Part shown: piece after piece, positions 40,335-51,933 of the stretch | Layout of the letters: each line of letters opens with the position of its first letter | Numbering within the stretch: position 1 is the first letter of the stretch | Assembly (NCBI GenBank): GCA_021613535.1 | Contig: CP075492.1 | Location: 15,934,001-15,998,000 of the forward strand | Source: Adineta vaga | Taxonomy: Eukaryota > Animalia > Rotifera | Length of the DNA: 64,000 bases | Reading direction: 5' to 3' | Made by a program: the position numbers and the translations under genes | The notes under the pieces: model-generated | Databases searched by the model: none | What the model was told of the DNA's origin: nothing | Seen by the model: only the letters and a program-made list of their open reading frames with translations

Positions 40335-40488
40335 TAGGCGTCGACGGATCTGTAGTCAGAAGATGCAAACTGTTGTCACAGTGTGGCTAGTCAAATATCC
40401 TGACAGCAACATAGAAAATTATCAAAATAGAATTCAACAATTTCAAAGTATTGGCAATCAAATAGCAATCCAGATGATTGCCAAATGA
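40335..40488 (+). pseudogene. Isolated N-terminal remnant of the ART-TPR family
   Basis: RRRICSQKMQTVVTVWLVKYPDSNIENYQNRIQQFQSIGNQI aligns by eye with QNFLLIWLD...IKKLRQVVN. Confidence 0.4.
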
Positions 40489-41118
40489 AACACATTCATC
40501 ATCGACTTCATCAACGGCTTGCATATAAGGTATTTTCATATTATTAAGGACACTGCGAGCACTCTCTCGTCTTTAATACGATTCTCATCCGCTCGATAAC
40601 TGAATTTGACATGTTTCAAATAATATGAAAAGTTCTTTTACATTTTCTTCGATATATCTTTGACCGAAGTCGGACTGTAAAAAAAAGCTCAAATATTGTA
40701 CATAGTATTATTCGTTGATTAACACAATATATTCTATGGTTTTTTTTTGTACAGTAACAACAGTGTCAAGAAAAACTATAGCTCGTTATTGCATGAAACT
40801 TTCCTGGAATAGTTGTGTTATAGAAACCAGACGTTTAAGCGAAAGAAATTTTTTTTTCGAAATGCATCTCATTCATCCATACTTTCTAGATGTAATTGTA
40901 TAGAGAGATAAAATTGTTCTATATCTGCACGTTATTCGAAATAAACTCGTAGATGTAAAGAACAGAAAAGAAAAAAAAAGAGTGACATATGCTTATCAAA
41001 AAGAGCAAATTTTCAATGTGTATAGAGAGGCGTTGTGTTCTTTATATCAACATGATTCTTAAACGAACAACGAGCGTATTAACTATGTAATAACCGATTG
41101 GTTTTATTGACAATAACG

Positions 41119-42446
41119 ATGTACTTTTTTCGAATTTATTCATTACAATCGGTGTATTATAGTATTATATCGATTATTATTTTTTATCAAATTTGTTTTC
41201 TAATTTGGTATCTAAATGATGGATCTAGTTCGAGACCAAAAGAATATTTTTTCTCAGCTGTAGATTCTGAATTTCAACAAATCTCATCTACATTTGAACC
41301 ATTTACAATTGCATTACCACATTTTTTCGACGATGAAGCACGTAATTGGTTTCTGAATACGACGTATTATCGACAGTATTCATCACAATGTTTGCATGGT
41401 AATTGTGAAACAAATGGATTCTTCTACAATGATTCTAAAGAACATTTAAATATTCATCTGGCTTTAGTAGAGAATGGTGTTTATTATGATGATGCTTGTG
41501 GTTATAATTATGATGATACAGCTCTTCGACGAATATTTACAACGAAAAACAAACTTTCTGTTATTTATGATCAAGCAATTATCTATACAGTACCCGATGG
41601 TTGGAGTTTTCAACATTTTCTCGATGGAATTGGACCAAAGTTGACCCATTCTCGACAATATTTAGATCAGTATCCAAATGCTAAAGTACTGATCTTAGAA
41701 GGTCCTCGATTTGATCGATCGGTCAAAGAAATATGGAATTTACTTGGTAAGTTTTATTTCATGTCGATAGAGGATTGATTTTAATTAATATGATTATAGG
41801 TGTAAATGAATCACATCGAATTATTCATTATAATCGTCAAATGAAAGTTGGTGCACATCTTTTGATAAATCCCTGTCGAACACCAGGTATTCATCCTCGT
41901 CTTTGGCAAAATGCTCGTACAATGTATTGGTCTTTAGTAAAACTTCCAAAATCGAAACCAAATCTACTGATTTATGTTCAACGTACAGCAAATAATGCAA
42001 AGAACCATGGTCGTCTAATCCTTAATGACAATTCCGTTATTCAACTTCTTCGTAGATATGCTATGAAGCATTCACTCACCTATGTACAGTACGATCATTC
42101 CAAACAAGATGATCATATTGGAAAACAAATCGAATTATTTTCCAATGCTCGTCTCATTTTTGGTATACATGGTGGAGCTTTATCAAACATCAATTTTGCT
42201 CCATCTGCAACAACTATTATTGAAATCATGCCTTATAAAACGAACAGAAGTTCCTTACCAATTGTTTGTTCAATGTTTGATCCAAATCAATTTCAACCTT
42301 GTGGTGGTTATAGTTATTATATACAATCACAATTACTCAATCAATCCTATTGGATTCTACCGAATGTAGTTGATGACCAAGACAATGTCAATGTGAATAT
42401 GAATCGACTTGAACAACTTTTTAATTCGATTTTTGTTCGATTTTAA
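41119..42446 (+). CDS. Glycosyltransferase family 61 (DUF563)-like type II membrane protein, 2 exons
   Basis: N-terminal TM, FQHFLDG, QIELFSNARLIFGIHGGALSN and IIEI motifs. Intron 41747-41799. Confidence 0.85.
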
Positions 42447-43262
42447 ATCGATTATATAGAAAATTGTATGATGGTACAGATAAACAGGTTACCTACTCCC
42501 TCAACGAAATCCTTGTAGTTTCATTTATATTTTAAAAGCAAATTTATTCTTGAATATAGTTTATATAATCTTACAGAAAACTAATGAGAGATAGGAGGCA
42601 TACGCGTAAAGAGTACTAGCTTTCTAATTTAAATATTGAATGATTGTCATCAATCATTCGTCGTCCAATTGTCAATATTTTACTATAGACTTACTGGTGG
42701 TGGTTGCTCAGCCATTATAGAGTTTGTTTCTTCGATATATTGTTACGTTTGTATGGTATTGATTTATATATGTTTTGTCAGAAACTACCAAGATTTATGT
42801 ATATATATATTAGAACTAATGGGGGAAAATCCGCAAGATTACTGTTTATTTTGAAATTAATATTCCAATGAAATAGTAAAAAACACGTATATGCATACTG
42901 TGGAGAAATGAAAATATCAATACAATAATGTATGCATAGACAACAACGGAAAGAATAGAACATGGTAGAAACTATGTACATAAATAATATTTCTTTGTTT
43001 TGAAAAAAACACAAATATTATAGGACGCGTATTGAACTGAGTCTGAATGACGTTGTTAGCTAATCCTATACTTATTTTTGCTAGAAAAGTGAAACGATAA
43101 ATGCGGGTATCGGTTGGTTCAAAGAATATCTAGTAACTTCAAAATAATTGAAACGCATAGTGACAGATTTCCCACCGTTAAGGAATGGAGAATACGATTA
43201 TGAAATCTTTCTGTCGTTTATATCCATACAAATCCTCAGCTCGTTCCCTCATCTATGAAAAT

Positions 43263-43830
43263 AATGTCGCAACTATAGGCTTTCTTATCAGACAGTGTGA
43301 ACGTAGATACAAGTAAAAAAGTGAATGTAGGATTCGATGATTACGTATGTACCAACATCAAAACCAAGTTAAAGCATTTGAATTCATGAGATTCTAGGAT
43401 ATAGGGTTTGAGAGTTCTGAGCTTCGAATAGTCTTCGTACTTGGAGAATGTGATTTTAGGTGATTTTAAGTTTTGGCGTTTCTTATTAGTCTTTGAAATA
43501 AAATGATTTAGTTTGCACCTCTAACCTCGCATAACAATCACAAGATGACTTCTCAATAATAAGAGAATTGAATATATAATTGTATTTCAAATACTTGGAA
43601 ACTCAGCATTATACCTGAGAAATATGTAAAAAGACTAAAACTAAAATCCGATAAACAAACCAAAAATGTTCAAAATCTGAAAACCTCTAAAAATCTGAAT
43701 ACTAAAATCCAAATGCTTTGGCTTGGTTTTGATGTTGATACGTACGTAATCATCGAATTCTACATTCACTTTCTTACTTGTATCTACAATTCACGCACTG
43801 TCTGATAAGAAAGTTCATAGTCACGACATT
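43263..43830. mobile_element. Non-autonomous foldback/MITE element with ~120-bp terminal inverted repeats
   Basis: 43263-43380 (AATGTCG...CTTTCTTATCAGACAGTG...AAAGCATTTG) is the reverse complement, with scattered mismatches, of 43710-43830. No internal ORF. Confidence 0.85.
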
Positions 43831-44936
43831 CTATCCTAGCGCCCTTGAAAAATTACTTTCCGAATTTTTTCCGGACTTTGTCAGATATATTTCACAAATT
43901 CGGCCGTAGGAATTTTCATTTCTAAGATTTTGATCTGATGGTAACCCATAATTCATACATCATCATAATTTCCTCTAGGTGACGCTAATAGAAGGCTACG
44001 ATGTAGATAGATAGATAATTTGTTGACTTATAAAATGAAGCCGATACCAGAAAATATTAACACTGTTTATTTGTAGTAAAATATAGATTTCACTTTATCT
44101 CCATTTTGACTCTATCGGTTCTCTATAAAAAAAAGATTTTCTTATTAGACAGTTGGAAACTAAGCAAACGTCACTGTTGTTTTTTTCTTTCTTTCTTTCC
44201 AACATCCATCAATGCCTCTTCACACAAGACATTACTGAATTGCAAGCAATATGAATAATGTTGAGGTAGAAGATTTTTTTCTATTGCCTCATTGTACGCA
44301 TACATAAAACTAACGACAGAAAGCGCACGACAATTGGGACACAGCTTTTTTTCTTTTTTGAGCTATAACATGTGAGTGAAACGAAACAGACATAGCAGTC
44401 GGTAGAAAGTAACAAACTGATTTTTTTACGACATAAAATCTCCAACAGAACTGTGAGCCATACGAATAGTCTTCTGAAATCTTATATAATACAAACGCAT
44501 TCGGAAATACTGTGTGTAAGAATCATTTTAGATGAATAAATATGAAATTCAAATGAGCTTTTCAGGATATCAACTGATGATGAATCTGCGAGATTTTCCA
44601 TTTTGGACTAAATTCTATCATAACCATAGGAGAGAAAATATGCAAGTCAGATGTCGCGAACAACTCGGCATCTAATGAGCAATTGAATGGGCGTCGGTGA
44701 GAGTCAGACCTAATTATATCGTTTGCACACACTCCCTCATCACTGTGCACACTTTATATACCCTAACAAACGCATGTTTTTGTTGTCAACAATGCAAGAG
44801 ATACTGTTGAGAAGTCAAGTAAAGAGCATATGTATCTGAGCTAGCATTTCGTATCATCAAACGAGTTACAATGTCTAAAATTTTTATTTAGAAGTATAAT
44901 CATTTTAGAATAAAAACAGTTCTTGTTCAGTATTGA

Positions 44937-47102
44937 ATGATGACTATGCAAGATTCATTTATCCGACCTGACTCAACAGCTTACTCTTTATCGACAACTT
45001 TAACAGATACCAGTGAGCAAGAAGAACGGTTTAATTCGGAAAGTTTTATTGTCATTTGGCTTGACGAAAATGTTCATAAAACAGCAGATAATGTGAAATT
45101 AAAAAGTCGAATACGATCCATCGTAAATTGTTTTATAACATTTGACACTTTACATGAATGCATTGACTGCATAACCCAAATAAAGGAGGAAAACATATTT
45201 TTTATAGTGTCAGGTTCAATTGGCGAAGTAATTGTTCCGCAAATTCATGAGTTTCCTCACGTCGAATGGATCTATATTTTTTGTGCTGACAAAGCCAAAC
45301 ACGAATTATGGAGCAAACCATTTGAAAAAGTGCAGGGTATTTTTAATGATCTTGGTTCAATTTGTAATCAGTTACAACATGACATACAACAATGTTCGAA
45401 TAATTTAATTTCCTTCGTATCTATTTCTGCAACGGCAGGTGACTATGATGAAAATCTAAATAGACAAGAAGTATCATTTATGCACTTAAAATTGATTAAA
45501 AATATTTTTCTTCGAATGAACAATGAAGCAGCCAACCAAAAAGTCTTGGATGAAAGCAAAGCAGAAATGATTACTTTCTTACGTCGTCAATACATGGGTA
45601 ATGAAAGTGGTCTTAAGATCATAGATGAATTTGAAAATGATTATTGCGCACAAAAGTCAATCAAGTGGTACACTCGCGGTTGTTTTATTTACGAAAGTCT
45701 TAACAAAGCTTTGCGCACACTTGATGTTGATACGTTATATAAATTTAGATTTTTTATTATTGATCTTCATGAGCAACTTGATGAATTGCATCGGGAAGCC
45801 TCGACTCTATCATCTTCATTAAGCACAGTTTATCGAGGACAAGCATTAGTTGACACTGAGTTTCAAAAATTGCAGAATAACTGTGGAGGTCTTTTATCGA
45901 TCAATAACTTTCTCTCGACAACTACTAACTGCGAAGTTGCGACAGGGTATGCTGAAGCAAACAGTCATCGGTCTGGTTTTAAATCAGTTCTTTTCGAAAT
46001 CGAACTCGATACGACAATGAAACCAAACAATGCGTTTGCAAACATCCAACATTTAAGTCACTTCGGAACAGAAAATGAAGTTCTCTTTTCCATGGCCAGT
46101 GTATTTCGTATTCAATCAATTGAACAATTGACTGACAAGATTTGGATTGTAACTATGAAATTAACTAATGACGAGGATGAACAATTAAAAAACTTAACTG
46201 ATCACATTGTAAAGGAAGTGGATCGAACAAATAATCTTGCAAGTTTAGGATTAGTACTAGTCAAGATGGGTGAATTCAAAAAGAGTAATTTCTTTTTCAA
46301 CATTTTACTTAATGAGTTGATACTGAAAGACGACATTCGTGGTCTATCAATGCTCTATAATGACATTGGTTCTAACTATCAAGAACAAGGTGAGCTCATG
46401 GTAGCACTTACGTTTTATGAAAAATCAATTGAGATAATCAGTCCTCATTTAGAAGCTCTCCAAGAAAAATATTCACATGATTCACTAATTTCAAGCACAT
46501 ATAACAACATTGGAATGATTCATAAAACAAACGAAAATTTTAAAGATGCCTTGAAATACATAAGACAAGCACTTGAATACGAACAGAAGCATTCTTCCAC
46601 AAATCAACAACTTATTGCAACATATTATCAGAATATTGGCATAATCTATGATGAGCAGGCTAAATATTCTGAAGCTCTGGAGATGTTTAATGAGGCACTC
46701 GACATCAGTTCAAAACATCTTCCGTCACAACATCCGCTATTGGCAGCGATATACTGTAATATTGGAAGTGTTTATTACAATCAGAATAATTTTGAAGAAG
46801 CACTAAAAATGTTTGACAAGACACTCAAACTTGAATTGATTTCTCTTCCTCCAACTCATATTTCGCTAGCTTTTACATACAATAATATCGCATTTGCTTA
46901 TTATGGTCTCGGTAAATATGCAGACGCACTTCGCAATATGAAAAGGACTGTAGAAATTACACTAAAAACACTACCATCGAATCATCCTTTAGCAATACAA
47001 CGTCAAGCAGGTCTTGATATGATGACTGGGGAATTTGATACTCCCGAGATGAATCTTTTTTACGAGAAATGCTTAGAAGAATTAACTAAATCATCTGAAT
47101 AA
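44937..47102 (+). CDS. NAD:arginine ADP-ribosyltransferase (ART) domain + TPR-repeat protein (721 aa, intronless)
   Basis: WYT, LNKALR, VYRGQ, FLSTT and ENEVLF give the R-S-E triad, followed by about 6 TPRs (YNNIG...). Confidence 0.9.
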   Translation: MMTMQDSFIRPDSTAYSLSTTLTDTSEQEERFNSESFIVIWLDENVHKTADNVKLKSRIRSIVNCFITFDTLHECIDCITQIKEENIFFIVSGSIGEVIVPQIHEFPHVEWIYIFCADKAKHELWSKPFEKVQGIFNDLGSICNQLQHDIQQCSNNLISFVSISATAGDYDENLNRQEVSFMHLKLIKNIFLRMNNEAANQKVLDESKAEMITFLRRQYMGNESGLKIIDEFENDYCAQKSIKWYTRGCFIYESLNKALRTLDVDTLYKFRFFIIDLHEQLDELHREASTLSSSLSTVYRGQALVDTEFQKLQNNCGGLLSINNFLSTTTNCEVATGYAEANSHRSGFKSVLFEIELDTTMKPNNAFANIQHLSHFGTENEVLFSMASVFRIQSIEQLTDKIWIVTMKLTNDEDEQLKNLTDHIVKEVDRTNNLASLGLVLVKMGEFKKSNFFFNILLNELILKDDIRGLSMLYNDIGSNYQEQGELMVALTFYEKSIEIISPHLEALQEKYSHDSLISSTYNNIGMIHKTNENFKDALKYIRQALEYEQKHSSTNQQLIATYYQNIGIIYDEQAKYSEALEMFNEALDISSKHLPSQHPLLAAIYCNIGSVYYNQNNFEEALKMFDKTLKLELISLPPTHISLAFTYNNIAFAYYGLGKYADALRNMKRTVEITLKTLPSNHPLAIQRQAGLDMMTGEFDTPEMNLFYEKCLEELTKSSE

Positions 47103-47172
47103 TGATGCACTACTCACGAACTACGGTGTAGGTGAAAGTTCAAGATGAGGATTTTCTTAAGCGTAGCTATGA

Positions 47173-47700
47173 ATGAGTGTAGATCTTTATTTTCAAGTCT
47201 CACGCATCACTCACATACACACACCCTTAATATTTTCAATATTGATCGTTATTCCTTTATTACTGTCGTTCATTACTAGAAACATACTGGTGATATCTTT
47301 TTTGATCATTAAGCGACCACATTTTTTCAATAAACTAATATCTGATACATTTTCATCTTCTCCATTTCTACTCGTTTTACAAATAGTTGGTGGAATTTTC
47401 TACGTGTGTTATCTATATATTCCTCTGTTATATATGATTGCTTATACATGTTGGAGATGTTATCGACACGTTTCTGGCATTTTTAGAAATAATCACCAGC
47501 AACGGACAGAACAATCAAAACTGAATGTTTCTACACAAGATGATAATGAACTATCGATAACAACAATTTCTGTTATATTCGAAGCACTTTCACCTCCATC
47601 TTACGATATTGCAAGTACTCAGTTGCAATCTGTACGTGATCAATGGCAATCATTTTCTATAATAAGAACAGCGATTGAAGATGTGATTCTACATATCTAA
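47173..47700 (+). CDS. Hypothetical small membrane protein with a PPSY motif
   Basis: 175-aa ORF with hydrophobic segments, a C-terminal PPSY, and AATAAA just downstream. Confidence 0.4.
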   Translation: MSVDLYFQVSRITHIHTPLIFSILIVIPLLLSFITRNILVISFLIIKRPHFFNKLISDTFSSSPFLLVLQIVGGIFYVCYLYIPLLYMIAYTCWRCYRHVSGIFRNNHQQRTEQSKLNVSTQDDNELSITTISVIFEALSPPSYDIASTQLQSVRDQWQSFSIIRTAIEDVILHI

Positions 47701-47734
47701 TGATAATTTCAATAAATAAGAATAAAAGTTTAAT

Positions 47735-47795
47735 AGAGTGGATGTGGGTATGGGTATGATCTCTTACCTTTTTAACCACACTCACATCCTCACTT
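47735..47795. repeat. Telomere-like hairpin element between convergent genes
   Basis: AGAGTGGATGTGGGTATGGGTA...TAACCACACTCACATCCTCACT. Confidence 0.7.
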
Positions 47796-47852
47796 TATAG
47801 TTCTGACTACGTGAAAACTATTCTACGTTAGTGTCTTGAACGAAGTCTATCA

Positions 47853-49189
47853 TCAAATAAAATCGCACACCGTTGAGTCAAATTCAGTATCGAGGCCATA
47901 ACATTTCACTTTCGGGTCGAAATTCTCTGTAACTACCACGATCCATTTTCTGATTTGTGTCGCCGGATCTTTGACACAGAATTCATCTAGATTCTCGTCT
48001 CTATGAATACAATAACAAGTATCAAATTCAGTTCGCCAGTCACCATTGCTTACAAACTGATGCGTAACAGCATCATAACGCGAGGTTTTACCTTTACCAT
48101 TATTAATCAAATCTTTCTCGATCAGATAAACTTTACCCATTTCTATTTTCGCGATGAACCAAGCACCATAACCTCCATCTCTGCCTATTTTGTATTCAGT
48201 ACCGTCGAGTGATCGGGCGAAGTATGTTCCAGGACCCAACATTCCTGATTTGCTTGGCAGGAATTCACTTTTGACTATACTAACGGCAGCTTTGGGCGTA
48301 GTTTGATGAAAACCGATGTAAGTGGAACTAGTTTCCGATTTCTTACCTAAATTCGATGTCTGATCAGATTCAGGCAAATCTGACCAACATTTTTGTGGCT
48401 TAAAACTGCTGTAATGGAAAGTGGCAACATGTTCAAGTGTCCTCTTTGCACATGGATTTTGTGAGCAAGATCGATTATCCCATTTGTCTCCTTTCAAATA
48501 TGCAGCAGTGAGAATGTATGACATATAGCGCCGATGTTTACGCGAACGGCAGCAGCAACATGTTGTGTCCAGATAAGGAGTATAATGCCACCAAACACAA
48601 TAATGATATAGATCAAGCAGAAATGTTAAAAATACGCAAATCAATATAAACGCGCAGTATTTTGCTAGAAGACTGGGTCGATTTCCTAGATGATCGCTGG
48701 TAGCGTACAAAGCAATAGCTATGATTCTTAAAAGAACAATAATACCGAGAAATCCTAAACGCACGAAAAAGCGTCTTTTTGGTCTTGGTCTGTAACATGG
48801 AAAATTACAATCCAAAGTAACGAAACGACGAAGTGCTTTGTTTTGGAAAAATTTTCGTATCCATCCTTTTGTGCTGAGGCTATTAGTAGTTGAAGATGGT
48901 TTATCACTACTGCGATAAAATTTTATAGAAGAAAATAAACAATTTGAAAAGAAGTACAATTATCAATAGTGTGGTAAGTAATCCCATCAATGTAGGAACA
49001 AGAGAACTAATCCAGTCGATAGTGAAGGCAGCTGTGTACCTTGAATTGGATGTTTGAGAAATATTTTCGTTGTCGTCTGATGGCGAAAAATATATTTACA
49101 ATCGAATGATACCCAAATACATTTCCACCATGGCAATTAAAGCATGAAATTGCGGCAGCGTTTTGTAAAAGCGAGGTAAGTGACAACAA
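47853..49189 (-). CDS. Membrane-anchored PARP-like (Gig2-type, H-Y-E) ADP-ribosyltransferase; 5' part appears frameshifted
   Basis: GFHQTT...AAVSI...GMLGPGTYFARS...DEFCV, preceded by TM helices. Upstream coding-like pieces (RYTAAFTIDWISSLVPTLMGL) lie in different frames. Confidence 0.7.
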
Positions 49190-49684
49190 CAGGGATTCAT
49201 GTTAAAATACAAAATTTCTTATCGACGTATACAATACTGTTGATTTTATTCTTCTTCTGAAAAACTCTCAATGAATTTATACGATTATTTTAATTCTCCT
49301 TATCAAACATTCTTTACGTAGTAAAAATGACACGATATGATAACAAAGAAAAAAAAATCAGTCGAGAGAATGTCTTTGTTTTCTCTGGACATAGATAAAG
49401 TATTATACTGAATCAATAAATAAGAAAAGTATTGTGTCATTCGATAATAACGGATACAGGTAATGATACATTGAGATTCGAATAATTTACAATTTCTTCC
49501 TATGAAATATACCACAATCGTACAATAGAAAAAAAACTACTCGAAACGTAAACAATACAATTCAATACAATGACCAGCAATAATGGAACAGTTAAATCTT
49601 ATATTTATTACGATTAAACTCCATAAGTGTATAAACTGATACTGATTAGATATTATTTTAGGACCTTTATTTATTCTGTTAAAA

Positions 49685-51096
49685 TCAAGGAATTATTTGT
49701 TTCCATGGATTTGCCAATGGTTCACCGACAAATATACCTTGAAATACTTGAAGAACACTTTTCCAATATGCTTCAATAAGAGTTTGACCTTTAGTATATT
49801 GTAAAATCATAATTGTTGGATCGGGAAATTTCTGAGCATAAGCACATGGTTCACTAACAGTTCCAAAAGTTCCTGTAACACCACCAGCAATAAATTGAAG
49901 TACAGACATTTGAGAAGAATCAGTAAGCATCCCTCCATACGAAGTTAAATGATCTGCTATAGCACCTGCTGGAAAGATATTCTTATCGATATTACTAACA
50001 GATTGTAATCCTTGAAAATAGAATAATGCATCTGTTGTATTTGAAATATAATTTGCATTCTTAATTTGAACATTAACCGAAGAACTCAAAACATTTCCTA
50101 AATTAGCCGAAGGAAATATTCTTGCTCGAAGACTTCGTGTTGAATCAGTTGTATTCATAATATAAGCAGAACCGTGTGGATGAGTTCTATCAGATGCAAT
50201 TCCTCGATCAATCATTGCTTTTGCTTGATCAACAGTAAGCGCGGCAAGCATCATTGCTGGACGCATTTTAAAATCTGTAAATGGTTGAGTTGAAGTCGAA
50301 TTATAATAAGGAGATGAAGTAGCCCAATTACAAGTTGCTGAACAAGGACCTCCCATATAACCTAATGCAAACGCTGAAGTTATAGAATTACATTCAACAC
50401 GATAAGGTGTTTTCCAAGCTATTGCTAACACTTGAACAGTATTTGATAAGACACTGTCGACATGAGCTTTCAATACTTGAAATTCAGCACTACTTAATTG
50501 TACTTTGGTAGAAATATTCAGATGTACTATATTTTCTGTAGGAATATAACGACGTGTTCGATAATATTCAGCAATAATCACACTTTCCGGATCATTGTCA
50601 TTGACTAACAAACCAACTTGGCGGGCTCGCAGACCACTTAGCTGAGGAAGTATAACGGAAACTTCTGAAGTTGTATTCATTCCTCCTGTATTTAATCTTG
50701 CAATTACTCGAAAATAATACGTAGATCCATTCTCAAGTCCCGTAATTGTCAATGAAGGAAATAAAGATATTAATGTTTTTGTATAAACTTGAGAAGTTGT
50801 ACCATATTCAATCTTATATTCCAGTACTAAAGGTAATGCATCCCAAGTTAATGTTGCCTTTTCATCACCAGATACAACTTTCACAATTGCAAACTTTGTT
50901 AATTGTCGTTTCGTCAATTCTAAATAAATAATAAACGTATAATGAAGCTTTTCTTTTCAAGTCTTCTATATCTTTGTGTTAGATTTCACAATGACTTTAC
51001 GATGTTTATCTTACTTTTTATAGAACTACCGTTTGTCACAACAATAATACTTAATAAGAAAGAAAATATAAAGACTCCACCGATAATATTCTTCAT
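49685..51096 (-). CDS. Secreted FN3 + TIGR03790-family protein, 2 exons
   Basis: Signal-peptide exon 51096-51015, intron 51014-50920, FN3 (LTW...YKIEYG...ITGLENGSTYYFRV), then LLVNDNDPESVIIAEYY...IP.ENIV, GAIADHLTSYGG, GTVSEPC, GEPLANP. Confidence 0.85.
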
Positions 51097-51526
51097 TTTT
51101 GTATGCTTCAGAATATAAAATACTACTGTCTTTATATTCTGTATGTGTGCTATAAAGATATTGATTTTTGTTTTAAATTTGTAAATCCTATAAAATTGAA
51201 AAAGAAACTGAGAGATTAACAAAACGAATGAAACAAATATATCGAGTATTTCGAGTACTTTCACTTTTTGAGAGAAACAAATATAGTTGAGGATGTGCGT
51301 AAGCGAGTTTCAGTATAGAATATCTTGAGTTTATTCACTTTTTCTCTTATGATCTTGAAGATTTAATGACATTATATGATGATTTGTAGAAGAATAAAAT
51401 AGAAATATCGATTCTCTTTTCAGCTAAATATTCGTTTTATTTTCTAATCCTTGCAAAGTTTTACAAAAGATTAATATAATTTTTATTTCGTTTCTTTTAA
51501 CGGTTTTAGGTGAGTTTTAGAAAAAA

Positions 51527-51585
51527 TGTGAGGATGTGGATGAGGGTCACTGCTGAGAGAAGAAATACCAACACTTACACCCCAA
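51527..51585. repeat. Degenerate telomere-like hairpin element, with another left arm at 51287-51300
   Basis: TGTGAGGATGTGGATGAGGGT...ACCAACACTTACACCCCAA. Confidence 0.55.
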
Positions 51586-51933
51586 ATTTGTCAAGAAAAT
51601 CTTTGAAAGTTAACATCTGAAATGCTTTACTTTCTTCCTCTTTCATACGCAGTATAGAAAAATGAGCTTTATGATTGAGTTCGTTCAGCATAAACTGCAA
51701 ATCTGTCTGTCTGACATACCACTAGACCGTATAACATATTTAATTCTCTACTAGAAAACCCTTGCTTTTTTTAGACAGAATAGATAAGTTAAAAAACTTC
51801 TCGAATTTTATAGAAGGACTATTTCGGATAGGAAATTTTTTAAATTTTATTCTTTAGAAGAAAAAAACACATTTTATATATTCGATATTATGTTCTCTGG
51901 CGATTGTTCTTTATTTGATGTCGTTTTCATCAA

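Noticed and set aside
10266-51585. Hairpins as a CRISPR array or integron attC cassette array
   Set aside because: Copies are kilobases apart and degenerate, some are intronic, flanking genes have introns and both orientations, and no cas or tyrosine-integrase gene is in the window.
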